Below, one piece after another: positions 1 to 12,409 of a stretch of DNA of 64,000 nucleotides (its first letter is position 1; every line of letters starts with the position of its first letter). The stretch is from Mobula hypostoma (Eukaryota), in the NCBI RefSeq assembly GCF_963921235.1, contig NC_086097.1:155684001-155748000 (forward strand), written 5' to 3'. Under the pieces are notes generated by a model. It saw nothing but the letters and a program-made list of their open reading frames with translations, made no database searches and was not told the DNA's origin. The position numbers and the translations under genes are program-made.

Positions 1-240
1 CGGAGCACTTAAATATGACATCCTATCTTTTGTAAATAAGGGCGCCAAATATTCAAGAATGTTACATAATTATCTCTTAAATTATAAGTAATTTTTTCAA
101 GTGGAATAGAACTAGCCATTTCATTATTCCAACGATCCATACTTAAATACGAATCAGATTTCCAAGTAACTGCTATAGTCTTCTTAGCTACTGCCAATGC
201 AATTTTTATAAATTCTTTCTGATATTTATTCAATTTCTTG
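1..240 (-). mobile_element. L1/Tx1-clade LINE, ORF2 C-terminal fragment
   Basis: ORF 9-233 (-) IALAVAKKTIAVTWKS...W...M...LEKITYNLR...F..IW.PYL matches the typical C-terminus of fish-type L1 ORF2; the element runs off the window edge. Confidence 0.75.
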
Positions 241-802
241 AAACCTTGAAACTCTCAAAGTCCTGCGGGTTGTGTAAAATAATGACCAGATAATCCAAAA
301 AGTAGCTGTTTGATAACTATGATTCACTGTTGTGACCCCTTCACCTAAATCTTGCCAGAAATATGATAGAAACTCACATACATAGGCTTTATGTGTTGCT
401 GGCAACGAAAGCGTTTAATTCAATCTCAACTCTCCGTGTGCTTTCATAGTGTACAAGCCCAGCACTTCGGTGAAGATTTTGAATTATCAGAGAGCGAATA
501 ATGTTCAATGTTTTCCCTTTTGGAACAATAATGATATAGTTAGGTTTGCAATATTCTGATAGTTTCAAACTCTTATTCTTTGATAATAGTTCATTATTTT
601 CTCATTATTTTTAATACAATGAATTCTGGTTAATTGCGACACATCAGGACCAATACATTTTGTACCAATTAAGTGACTGCCCCATTTAGTTGAAGTTTCA
701 TAGAAATAGTTAAAAAGGCATAAAAATACAAACTACCTTTCAACTGAGTAACAAATTCTGTACTTAAGTGAAATACAGAACAAATGAGTACACCACCAAT
801 AC

Positions 803-1245
803 TAATGGTTGTCTGTGGCATCTGATGATGACAGGAAAAACTTGGGAGGGAGGGTTGCTACAGTGGAAAAGCCATTGCACTGAGACAGTTCCACTCTCTT
901 GACCGGGCCCAGTGGTAGAATAGCTGTCATAACTGGGCTCTTGCTTGTTAGTAGTGGATGACCATAGCTTTTTCTGTGCCTTGTCATGCACTTTTCTCTC
1001 CACTGAATGACGCAGAACTGCCTTCCTGGCTGTTAGATGTCCATTGTAGATCTCACCAACCCAATCCGCCAGTGTTGACTTAGCATACTAGGACTGGCAT
1101 GTCCCTATTTTACAGGGCTATGAGACTCGCTGGCTACCTTTACCTTGTTTAGCCAGCTTGGTGGAAGTGGTGTACTGGGCTGTGGCCATGGTTGCATGCC
1201 ATTGGTTACTTGTAGCCACCGGTGAAAGCTGAATGGGAACCATAA
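803..1245. repeat. Unclassified interspersed repeat (possibly RTE-related) inside the Tigger-like element
   Basis: The related copy at 13960-14300 continues with different sequence at the equivalent point (after caccaatact), so this segment is foreign to the element; family not identified. Confidence 0.35.
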
Positions 1246-1542
1246 GCAACATTCATGATCGCCAACACCTTCAAATTCTTCACAGTTCCTCAAGCTTTGA
1301 AGTAGTGAGGTAATTTCAGTTTCACACCTGGCCATTTCAGTCATTTCCAAACCTGAATGCTTGAAACTGCAGTGAGCAAAATGACTCTGAATTCTCTTTC
1401 TGCTTATTTCCCACCAACTGTCAGTGGCAAAATCACAAACACACAGATGATGCTAGTTAGAAACTATTTGTCAAATCTATCCACTTTAAGCAGCATAGTG
1501 TCCCATTAAATGAAGGGAATCCTGGCTGTTTAGTTTCTGTTC

Positions 1543-2530
1543 AGAATCAGTATGAGGTTTAATATTACTGGCATATGTTGTGAAATTTGTTAACTTAGTG
1601 GCAATAGTACAATGCATTTCATGATAAATATAGAAAATATATATGATACTGTGAAGACTGGTACCTATGATGGAGTTGACTTTCTGTAGTTTCTTTCAGT
1701 CCCATGCTGAAGACTCCCATACCAGACAGTGATGCAGCCTGTCAAAATGCTCTCCACGGTACATATGTAGAAGTTTTCGAGTGTTTTAGGTGACAAACTA
1801 AATCTTCTCAAACTCCTAATGAAATATAGCCACTGTCCTGCCTTATAGTTGCATAGATATGTTGTAACCAGATTAGGTCCTTAGAGATATTGATGCCCAG
1901 GAACTTGAAGTTGCTCACTCTCTCCACTTCAGATCCCTCTATGAGGATTGGTTTATGTTTCCCTGTCTTACCCTTACTGAAGTGCACAATCAGCTTTTTA
2001 GTCTTACAGTCATTGTGTGCAAGGTTGTTGCTGCAGCACTACTCATTTAGCAGGTATATCTCATTCCAGTATGCCTTCTCGTCTCCGCCTGAGAATCTGC
2101 TAACAATGGTCGAATCATCAGTAAACTCATGGCATTTGAGCCATGCCTCGCCACACAGGCGTGGGTATAGAGCGAGTAGAGCAGGAGGCTAAGCATATGT
2201 CCCTGAGGTGTGCCAGTGTTGATTGTCAGTGAGGAGGAGATGTTATTACCAACCTGCACAGATTGTGGTCTTCTGGTTGGAAAGTCAAGGATCCAATTGC
2301 AGAGGGAGGTACAGAGGCCCAGATTCTGTAGCTTTTCGATCAAGGCTGTAGGAATGATGGTGTTAAATGCTAAGTTATAGTCAATGAACAGCACCCTGTT
2401 TGTATTGTCCAGATGTTCTCGGGCTGTGTGAAGAGCCATTGTGATTGCATCTGCTATGGACTTATTGTGGCAATAGACAAATTGCAGTGGGTCCAGGTCC
2501 TTGGTGAGGCAGGACCTACCTTTCAAAGCA
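1543..2530 (-). mobile_element. Rex1/Babar-like LINE, 5'-truncated (RT to 3' end)
   Basis: ORF 2047-2556: LDPLQF..HNKS..DAI..ALH....[18 protein letters not shown]...LCNWILDF...TGTPQG..LS.LLYSLYT. Tail reads agaatcag on the plus strand. Near-perfect 9-bp TSD: tttctgttc (1534-1542) / tttttgttc (2531-2539). Confidence 0.8.
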
Positions 2531-3469
2531 TTTTTGTTCTTTAAAAGTTGTCCCAAATAAGTGACTACCCTGATTAATTGATGGCTGAATTAACCGGAAC
2601 CTACTGTAGTTCTATTTTGCAATCTGCCATTTTGGATTTAAACTCACATTCTCCAATTATTTGTGTAACAAATTTATAATAACAAAATTGTCATCTGCAA
2701 AAATTTACAAGTTTTTCAGAATATAATATTGACAACAATTGTCATTTTTTAAATACAATGAACACTGTCGATCTCTTAAGACAGCAATATGATATCCTTT
2801 TAGTTCAGTATAATTTCAAAATTATGGAGTTTGCTTGGAGATGTTTTAATGGTGTTAGTATTCATTACACTAGGTGGCAGTCAATTCCACAAGGTGGCTG
2901 CAATTTCTCTGGAGTAGTTGTGCAGTGAGATATGACCAAAAACTGCAGAATCATGGTTGCTGATTTTAGTGCAAGTATACAGTACGAGACATGTTCACCT
3001 GATAAATGTCTGTTTTCCTTTTACAGGAGTCAATGGATAGACACTTTTTTAAACAAATAGTTTCAACTTTTGTCCACAGTTATCATTAGTAACTCTGTGT
3101 GCAGTGTGAAGATGTCAGCTAAAACTGTGCTGTTGTTACATTTAATCTTGGATTAAAAATGGGAAAGAAACCAATCAGTGTTTCAATTGCCAGCAGCTGC
3201 ATTCCCTGTTAGAATACACTTACTTTGAAATCTCAATTAAGGTCTGGATTGAACTCCTGAAAGTCAAACAATCCACGAGTACTCACTGAGTTCAATGTTC
3301 AATCTCACTGCTGATCAAAAAGTGATTGCAATGGAGAAGCCTCCAATTTTATCCGCATGGCTTAAATTTCCTCTGAATTCTCCAATTTTCTGCATGAAAA
3401 TTTTATAAAACAACCAGCAGCCCAGGCAATATTTGGGGAGAGGAAAACAAAGTTAATTGGGAGCTGTTA

Positions 3470-3701
3470 AAGATAATTTACTTGTCACATGTACATTGAG
3501 ACATACAGGGAAATGCATTGTTGGCATCATATCAAATTGGCTAGGTTTATACTGGGCACCACATTTCTGGTGCCAACATAGCATGCCCACAACTCGCTAA
3601 CCCTAACAGTAGATATTTTGGGACTGGAGCACCTGGAGGACACCTATGTGGTCATGGGGAGAACATACAAACACTTATAGAGAGCAGTGGGAATCAGACC
3701 T
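3470..3701 (-). mobile_element. V-SINE-like element, split by the L1 insertion
   Basis: Reverse complement resembles the V-domain SINE at 45680-45990; resumes briefly after 4838. Confidence 0.5.
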
Positions 3702-4825
3702 TTCTTCTTTCTTTTTAAATCTTTTTATTGAATAAGTATACAAAAAGGTAAGCCATATAGGCACTAATACACTGTTAGTATATAATAAAATTACAGGAGA
3801 TATTAATACAGATAAAAAAATGATACAAACAATGTAATTTAAACATAACATAATAAGGTAACATAATAGTATACTAATTTATATATATATATATATATCA
3901 ATAGAGAAAAGAAAAAAAAAACCAACCCCCCCCCCCAAAAAAAACCCACCGTGCAACTAAACTAAAAGCAAAGCAAAGCAATGGGCTAACTTGGAACCAA
4001 GTAGTGTTAAAGAACTTAAAATCACGTCCTCAAACCCGACCTCCATTAAAAACAGTAAAAAAAAACAAGAAGAGAATATAAATATGGAGGAAAAAAGAGA
4101 AGAAAAAAAATTACATTAAATGAATATATTGAATAAAAGATCTCCAGGTCTGTTCAAATTTAAGTGAGGAATCATAGAGATTGCTTCTAATTTTCTCCAA
4201 ATTCAAGCATAATATCGTCTGAGAAAACCAAAAAAAGGTAGTTGGAGCATTAAACTCTTTCCAATGTTGTAAGATACATCCTTTCACCATTAAAGTAAGA
4301 AATGCAGTCATTCTACGGGCTGAAGGAGAAAGATTACTGGAAATTTTAGGTAATCCAAAGATAGCAGTAATAGGGTGAGGAGAGATATCTATATTCAATA
4401 CCTTTGAGATAATATTAAAAATGTCTCTCCAAAAAGTTTCCAGAATAGGACAAGACCAAAACATATGAGTTAAAGAGGCTATCTGCCCCGGACATCTATT
4501 ACAAAAAGGATTAATATGAGAATAAAAATGAGCTACTTTATCTTTGGACATGTGTGCTCTGTGAACAACTTTAAATTGAATTAGGGAATGTTTAGCACAG
4601 ATAGAGGAAGTATTGACTAATTGTAAAATCTGCCCCCAGTCATCCACGGAAATGATAGAACTCAATTCCTGTTCCCAATCTACCCTAATCTTATCAAATG
4701 GAGCTTTCCTAAGTTTCATAATAATATTATAAATCATAGCCGATGCACCTTTCTGACATGGATTAAGGTTAATTATAGTATCTAAAATATATGTAGGAGG
4801 AAGCATTGGAAAGGAAGAAAGTATG
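3702..4825 (-). mobile_element. 5'-truncated L1 (ORF2 C-terminus + 3'UTR + A-rich tail)
   Basis: ORF 4111-4806 has the L1 ORF2 Cys-rich motif CNRC....ASLTHMFWSC. AATAAA and an A-rich tail on the minus strand at 3702-3730. Perfect 13-bp TSD gggaatcagacct (3689-3701, 4826-4838). Confidence 0.9.
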
Positions 4826-4869
4826 GGGAATCAGACCTGATTGCTGACTGAAGAAAGTAATCATAGATT

Positions 4870-7010
4870 GGTATTCATTTAGCAATTAGAGAAGTGAGCT
4901 GAGGAATGGAAAATAGAATTTAATACAGGTGAGTGTGAGGTGATGCATATTGAAACGTTATGTGAGCATAGGGCTTGTATTATGAAGATTAGGGCATTAG
5001 GGAGTGTAATGGACATAGCATAAGGGACATAGGAGAACAAACACATAGTCTATTGAAAGTGTCACAGATAGACAGGATGATGAAAAGGGCATTTAGAACA
5101 CTGGCCTTTACCTGTCAGGCCGCTAATTATAGGAGCTGAGACATCATGTTACAATTGTGTAAGTGATTGGTTGGGCTGAAATTGGAATAATGTGTATGGT
5201 TTTGGTCACTCTCTGTTGAAAAAGAACAACATGGTTAAACTGGAAAGAGTGCAGAAAAGCTTTACAAAGACATTGTCAGGATTAGCTTGTCCTGAGTTGG
5301 ACAGGCTAGGTTTTTTTCCGTAGAATGAAGAAGAATCAGGGGTGACAGTTTGTAGAAGTCTTTAAAATTATAAGAGGCGCAGATAAGGTGGATGATAAGT
5401 CTTTTTTCTAGATTAGAAGAGGCCAAAACTATGGGACATAGGTTTAGATTGAGAGAAGAAGTATTTAAAAGGGACTTGATGGGTAAGCTTTTCACACGGA
5501 GGTTAGTGAATACAGGGAAGTAAATGCTAGAGGAGGTGGTTGAAGCAGGTGCAATAGTATCATTTAATAGGCATTTGGATCAGTATATAGAGGGGTGGAT
5601 TTGTGTGATGGAAATCTGCTTCCTGGACTCGTCGGCCTCCGGGTTTTTTGCAAAGCTTGTTTTCTAAACACTGCAGCTACCACTTGTAAAGATCAACTAA
5701 TGGTATAACTTTTGGTCATAAACGGAGTCAGTATTCAGTTGTTAAAATGTAAATGGAAAACAGTTATCAGTTTAATGTTAAAACAAGCTCTGTCTGCAGA
5801 GCGGGAGGTAGTTTACCATCCGTGGCTTATTGCTGCTCAAAGAGTTGCCATACAAGATGATAGTTATTTAGTTTAGCTTGTTTATAAACAGACAAACTGA
5901 TTAAGATTCAAGGAAGCTTGCAGATCAGGTGGATAATATCATTCAACATATTAAGTAAATGATCTATTAGTGTTGGAAGGTTTATTTACTCAGAAGTTAG
6001 CTTTATACCATTGAATATAGGTAGCTGAGAACTATGCCTCCAAAAGGTTTTTAGGCCATTTGTGTAAAAAAGGATATCTGAAGAAATATCAAATGCTTAT
6101 GAAGGCACCCGAGTGGAAGATAAAGGGTAGAAATGGCTTTGATTTCTGTGACAGATGATTTGTTCATCCACATCATCAATATGTCTTTTTAGTTTATAGG
6201 AATTGTAGTTGTATTTTGGACATCGTTTACAATAGTAATCCTTTGACAGTTTTAAATGTGTTCTAAGGATGTTGTTTGGATTTAAACGTATATTACTGAA
6301 AATAAATGAACTGTGTTTTAAACTAGTGGGAAGCATCTTCTCTTTGTTAGGGAGATGGGACACAACGTAACGAGAGATCTATGGATGCTGGTGACCCCTA
6401 GTGCAGAATGAGGTCTAGAACTAGCTCAAACTCAGACTCAGGCAGAGACTCTGACTCAGACTCGAAATAAACAAGACCACTCAAATGAAATCCAAAGGTG
6501 AAATCACAAACAGTAATACTAGAAGTTGAACTCTGACAGTCGAAAACTGAGTGCTTAAGGCTTTTAGGTACATACTTTCCATATAGGAATATGGTAGGCA
6601 ATAATTGGAAGTCTGTGTCTTAAAGGACAATGGCAGCTAACCATACTCTGGGGAATTGGTGTGCCAAAAATAGGCTGCCTACCAAGACCATGACACCCCC
6701 TGCTCGAATAGTGGGTACAGCAGCTAAACTTGCCATGAAGAATAAATAGGGAAGTAAACTATTCTTTGAAGATTGGGTAGCTGCAGTATAATCTTTTATT
6801 GAGAGTACTTGTGGATCTTTATATCTGATAGGGCCTGAGGTACTTGTCTGAGTTTAGAACTTCGAAGTCAGCAAGCCCAGTGCCATCACACTTGGAGGGA
6901 TATGGGTCAAATGCAGGAAGTTGGAACTAACTGGCTGGACAATGGGCTTGGCATGGACTGGTTGGGCCAGAAATCATATATCTGTGCTTTATTGTTCTGT
7001 GACTCAATGA
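4870..7010 (+). mobile_element. Old CR1 LINE 3' fragment, split by the 5604-6890 insert
   Basis: Degenerate CR1 ORF2 C-terminal sequence (tggaaaatagaatttaat, ctggaaagagtgcagaaaag, ttttcacacggaggttagtg); its 3' end resumes at 6891 (cttggagggatatggg). Confidence 0.7.
5604..6890. mobile_element. Long (1,287 bp) solo-LTR-like element, possibly foamy-like ERV
   Basis: Starts TGTGATGG and ends CCATCACA (perfect 8-bp inverted termini). 4-bp flanks tttg/cttg (1 mismatch). Cleanly interrupts a CR1. Confidence 0.7.
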
Positions 7011-7069
7011 CACGGTCTATATTTATTGAATTCTCTTGAATCTGTAGGCTGTTATGTGCCTTAATTGAA

Positions 7070-8960
7070 TGTTGACGCAGAATCAGATTAATTATCACTG
7101 ATGTATGATGTGAATTCTATTGATTTACAACTGCAGTACAGCATGTAAATTTATCATAAATTACAGAAATAAAGAAATTGTCCATAGAAGAATGGAATAA
7201 TGAGGTATTAACAATTGGTTCATGGATTATCTGGAAATCTATTGGAGGAGGAGAAGAAGCTATTTCTGAACTGTTGAGTGTGGGTCATTGGGCTCCTGTA
7301 TCACCTCCCTGATGTTAGTAGAAGACATGTACAGGATAGTGAAGTAACTTGGTGATGGATCATGCCTTTCTGAGGCACTGCTTGAAGCTGTCCTGATTGG
7401 TGAGGAGCATTGTGTCCATGATGGAGCTGGCTGAATCTACAAACCTCTGCCGCCTCTTGTATTCTTGTGCATTGGAGCCATCATCCCATACTGATGTAAC
7501 CATTCAGTACGCTCTCCACTATAGAAATTTGTAAGGGTGTTGGGTGACATACTCAACACGATATTGGGGGTAAAGTATTGGTGTGGGTGGAGAATTGGTT
7601 AGCAGACAGGAAGCAAAGAGTGGGAATAAACGGGACCTTTTCAGAATGGCAGGCGGTGACTAGTGGGGTACCGCAAGGCTCAGTGCTGGGACCCCAGTTG
7701 TTTACAATATATATTAATGACTTGGATGAGGGAATTAAATGCAGCATCTCCAAGTTTGCAGATGACACGAAGTTGGGTGGCAGTGTTAGCAGTGAGGAGG
7801 ATGCTAAGAGGATGCAGGGTGACTTGGATAGGTTGGGTGAGTGGGCAAATTCATGACAGATGCAATTTAATGTGGATAAATGTGAAGTTATCCACTTTGG
7901 TGGCAAAAATAGGAAAACAGATTATTATCTGAATGGTGGCCGATTAGGAAAAGGGGAGGTGCAACGAGACCTGGGTGTCATTATACACCAGTCATTGAAA
8001 GTGGGCATGCAGGTACAGCAGGCGGTGAAAAAGGCGAATGGTATGCTGGCATTTATAGCGAGAGGATTCGAGTACAGGAGCAGGGAGGTACTACTGCAGT
8101 TGTACAAGGCCTTGGTGAGACCACACCTGGAATATTGTGTGCAGTTTTGGTCCCCTAATCTGAGGAAAGACATCCTTGTCATAGAGGGAGTACAAAGAAG
8201 GTTCACCAGATTGATTCCTGGGATGGCAGGACTTTCATATGAAGAAAGACTGGATGAAGTGGGCTTGTACTCGTTGGAATTTAGAAGATTGAGGGGGGAT
8301 CTGATTGAAACGTATAAGATCCTAAAGGGATTGGACAGGCTAGATGCAGGAAGATTGTTCCTGATGTTGGGGAAGTCCAGAACGAGGGGCCACAGTTTGA
8401 GGATAGAGGGGAAGCCTTTTAGGACCGAGATTAGGAAAAACTTCTTCACACAGAGAGTGGTGAATCTGTGGAATTCTCTGCCACAGGAAACAGTTGAGGC
8501 TAGTTCATTGGCTATATTTAAGAGGGAGTTAGATATGGCCCTTGTGGCTACGGGGGTCAGGGGGTATGGAGGGAAGGCTGGGGCGGGGTTCTGAGTTGGA
8601 TGATCAGCCATGATCATAATAAATGGCGGTGCAGGCTCGAAGGGCCGAATGGCCTACTCCTGCACCTATTTTCTATGTTTCTATGTTTCTATACTCAATT
8701 TCCTTGAACTCCTTATGATATAGAGCTACTGGCGTACACTCTTTTAAATGTTTCAGTGTTTTGAGCCGAGGATAGATCCTCCAAGATGTTGACACAAACA
8801 CACAAGAACTTGAAGCTTATCTCCCCTTCTTCCGCTGACCCCTAAATAAGGACTGGTGTGAGTTCTCCAGACTTCCCACTCCTGAACTCTGCAATCGATC
8901 CCTTGGCCTTGCTGATGTTGAGTCTGAGGTGGTTGTTGTGACACCCAGAAGAACACTGCT
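7070..8960 (-). mobile_element. Rex1/Babar-like LINE fragment, split by the young CR1 at 7557-8690
   Basis: Similar to 1543-2530 (gcagaatcag tail, gaacttgaag...ctc, gtgttgggtgacata); continues across the CR1 TSD. Confidence 0.65.
7557..8690 (+). mobile_element. Young 5'-truncated CR1 LINE (RT C-terminal half + 3'UTR)
   Basis: ORFs 7578-7856 and 7860-8594 are in one frame, split by a single TGA. Motifs [34 protein letters not shown]. (ttctatgt)n tail. 8-bp TSD atactcaa (7549-7556, 8691-8698). Confidence 0.95.
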
Positions 8961-9559
8961 TTGTTTGGCTGTATTCATGTGTAAGGTTGAATGACTATTA
9001 AATTTGTACTTGAACTTTCTGTTCCCTGAAATTGCAATGAATTTCATTGGAATGTTATAACAAGATGGTGGGAGTGAGACAGAGAACTGCAATGCTAAGT
9101 TACCCATAACTCAGCGCCACATTTGCAGACTGAGCAGAGGAACTCGACAAAGCAATCACACAATACGCCTTTAGTCTCCCCAGTGTAGGAATGACTGAAT
9201 CATGTTTACTGAGTACAGAATACTAAAATGTTGTACATATTCCTATGATGCTGTAAGAGAAGGAACATTTCAGGATTTGCATTTGAATTGGGATGTGCAT
9301 TGGGAGGAGGAGAGGATATGGTGGCATTTGAAGAATGAACCAGAGTGATAGGAAGGAGATTTTGCTTCCAGAAAGAAGAAAGAGAGGAAGATGTGATTGA
9401 CAGTGGTAGACAAACAAAGGATATGGAAACAAGTGAGGTCCTTAGTCCTTCTGTATCTGCTCTGCTGTTCGGTAAGTTCAGGGTGATCTTTTACCTCAGC
9501 ACTGCTACTTTGTACTATTCATACCTTTTTTTTAAAAAAAAGCTCTCACGTCTATACTC

Positions 9560-10700
9560 AGATCATGCCTTTTTATCAAATTTTTATATCAAAAATTTCA
9601 AAGATTCACTACACCCCTTGTGAAGGACTTTCTTCTTAACCCGGTCCCAAATGATGAATTGCTTATTTTGAGTTTGTGAGCCTTGGTTCAAGAACACCTG
9701 TAAGGGGGTTTCGATTTTTTATGTTACTGCGGAGGCTAATTAAAATGGCGTCTTTGTTATGTTAATCTGGGGAATACGGCTTTGTTGTGTTAAGCGCTGA
9801 GAAAGTTTGCGCTAGCAGCTTATTGTGGTTTAGAGGGTGATAAGAAATACGTTATTAACTAATTGGGATAGTTGTTATGGTTTTGGTGTATTTGAAGATA
9901 CTGTATGCGCGGGGTTTTGGGGCAGAAGGCGGGAGAGCAAGACAGAGGATGGACGAGGTGCTGTGAGTCTGCTAACGGGGTCGGACCCCGAGCGGGACGT
10001 TCGGCGAGGAGACGGACTCATGTGGAGCGTCTGGTCGACCACCGTTGTTGGTCCCAGGCGGCCGGTCGAGGTGGTCCGAGGGGGTCGCAGGGTGAAGAAG
10101 AAGGTCCTTGAGCTCCAACGGTTTTTGTGCACGAAGAGATTGAACTTTGATAAGTGTGGCGCCTTTTATTTTCCTTTTATATTTTATTCTCTTTTAATTA
10201 TATAGTTCCAGTAATATCTATAAACTGTAAATCATTTAATTGCATCTGGTGTATTGTCTGATATTTGGGCGGGGTGGGGTACCTCACACAGCATCCACAC
10301 AAAGGAATTATCCAGTTTGGCGGGGCCGAGGCTGTTTCCCTAGACGACAGCGAGCTGAGCGACCCTGAGGGTGGCCAAGGGGGCTACACACCTCAGCTAT
10401 CAAAAACACCATCCTCTCTCTACTCCGTCAAACCTCAAAAGATTTTGGCTTGTTTCAATGAGTTCACCTCTGAATCTTCCACTCTTCTGAGAATATAAAT
10501 TCTGTCAGGTTAAACTTTTCTCCAGTGATAAAACCACCATCCCAGGAATCAATATGGTGAAACTTCAAAACATTGACGACGTAAATCTACAGTATTTTAC
10601 CTTAAGCAAGATGAGAAGTGCATACTTGATGTGATCTCACTAAACTTTACATAATTGAGCATACGTCTCTATTCCAGTATTGCAACCATTTTGTAATAAG
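9560..10700 (-). mobile_element. Old CR1 fragment hosting a solo LTR
   Basis: Minus-strand CR1 motifs (aaagattcactacacccct, catcccaggaatcaatatggtgaa) continue on both sides of the LTR. Confidence 0.55.
9699..10388 (+). mobile_element. Solo LTR (690 bp; Gypsy/ERV-type), family A
   Basis: TGTA...TACA termini; perfect 4-bp TSD cacc (9695-9698, 10389-10392); CpG-rich; second copy at ~49390-49968. Strand only marks orientation relative to that copy. Confidence 0.88.
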
Positions 10701-11274
10701 ACTTGAGGATCTTGATTTAGGGTAATATGTTAGCAATTTAGAGGGGATTCAATACCTTTTTCACCTGGAGAATATCATGTACCTGGAATATTCTGCTTTG
10801 GAGATGCTGACAGTACTGCAATAAACAAATGAATGGATTCCCTAAAACTAAATGAAGATAAAATTGATAAACTTTTATCAATATAAAAAATAAACTTTTA
10901 TGTGTGTTGCTTGAATTTCCAGCATCTGCAGAATTCCTGTTGTTTAAAGATAAAATTGAAACAGTTTTAGTTGCTCCCAAAGCCAAAAAAGATAATCTTC
11001 TTGATAAACTTTGGAACTTGGCTTCCCTTAGTAAAATCAGAAGTAACAAGCCTGGGTGTTGTTCTTAATTCGGGTTTGAATTTTAAAACCCACATATAGA
11101 AAGGGACCAGAGCAGCATTTCTACAGTTAAGAAATATTGTGAAGGTACATGCGTTTCTTTCACATAATGATAATGGAAAATAATTCATGCCTTTATAATG
11201 AATAGAGTAGATTAATGCCCTTTCGTTGACCTTTCAAAGCAATCTATTGACAAATTTCAAATCATTCAGAACTC

Positions 11275-11770
11275 CATTACTAAAATTTTAACTAAAACCA
11301 GGATGAGGAAGTATATCATTCCCATCCTAACTACACTGCATTGGCTTCATGTATCTTTTAGAAATTATATTGAAGTTCCCTTACTTGTTTTCAAAGTTGT
11401 CCATGGTCTGGGACTGAAGTACATCACAGAATTGTTTTTGTTTTATAATACTGCTTGAGCTCTCGGATCTTTTTCCACAAGACTCTAAAATTTAAACAAT
11501 CTCCCTCAAAAGAAAATTGGCAGATCAGCTTTTCTTTAAACTACACTCCTAAATTGAGGAACTCAGTACCTAAAACTATAAGGGATACAGACTCAGTTAA
11601 TGCTCTTAAGTGCTAGTCTAGTTTAAAGCCTATATAATTAAACATTCTTTTAGATAACTTCATTTTATCTTTTATCTTTATGGTTGAACTTTATACCATT
11701 TAAAGTACTTTGATCTACATTGTTTATATGAAAAGTAGTCTATAAATAAGTTATTATTTTATTATTGTTA
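11275..11770 (+). mobile_element. L2-clade LINE 3' fragment
   Basis: Translates to YIIPILTTLHWLHVSFR...VPLLVFKVVHGLG, the L2 HITP.L..LHWLP..RI.FK motif; (att)n-like tail at ~11750-11770. Confidence 0.65.
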
Positions 11771-12409
11771 TCAGCATTTAAGGAGTATCTAGATGATTAC
11801 TTAAAGCATCTAGAGAGTGGAGACAATGGGTCAGGTGATGGAAGATGGGATTAAATGGATGTGTGCGGACTTAATGACATGGACATGGCCTGTTGGTCTG
11901 AATGGCCTGTTTCCATGCTGTATCATTCTGCAACTCTAAGGTGCGAGGGACCAAGATATCATTGCCTTTTTAGCTGCTTGCCATGCCTGCATATTAACTT
12001 TCAGCCATTGTGTGCAAGAATATGCAGACACCTCTGAACACCAACACTTTTCATTTTGTCATCATTAAATAGGTTCTGTGTTGCCACTTTTTAACACTTT
12101 CATATAGTATTTTCAATGTTGTACACCCTTACCCATTGACCAAACTTTTTTATATCCCCCTGCAGTCCTCTTGCATCCCTTTTACGCTGTCGTCTAGCCT
12201 TGGATCATCAACAAATAAGGATCCCTGACTCATTTGACTCCCTAATTAAAATAATTGAGGAAGTTAATGTAGAATAGGAGGGAAGGGTGAGTGCAGGGAC
12301 ATACAGAATGGAGGACACACGGTTGAGAACTTGTTCAATTATCAAGGAGAGTTTCCATTTGTGGAAATAGGAAGACATATCAAAAATAATGGCAGGTAAT
12401 ACGGTAGCT

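Larger units (their letters stand above)
617..2606 (-). mobile_element. Tigger/pogo-derived non-autonomous DNA transposon, interrupted by two insertions
   Basis: Imperfect TIRs: caatgaattctggttaatt (617-) and aattaaccggaacctactg (-2606). TA flanks at 615-616 and 2607-2608. Minus-strand remnant ~1345-1435 reads DSWWEISRKRIQSHFAHCSFK, like the pogo/Tigger W..(V/I)...TI.NCF motif. Confidence 0.7.

Noticed and set aside
3029..3090. Strong acceptor-like ttttccttttacag
   Set aside because: The downstream frame is short and no matching donor is evident.
7553..8617. Long antisense ORFs (117 and 230 aa; also 20330-20722)
   Set aside because: They are the reverse frame of CR1 ORF2, which is often open; not independent genes.
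9837..10205. Overlapping GC-rich ORFs in solo LTRs (also 18961-19524, 49374-49713) and in 30886-31427
   Set aside because: Expected from GC-rich non-coding repeats; the two family-A copies do not keep the same frame.
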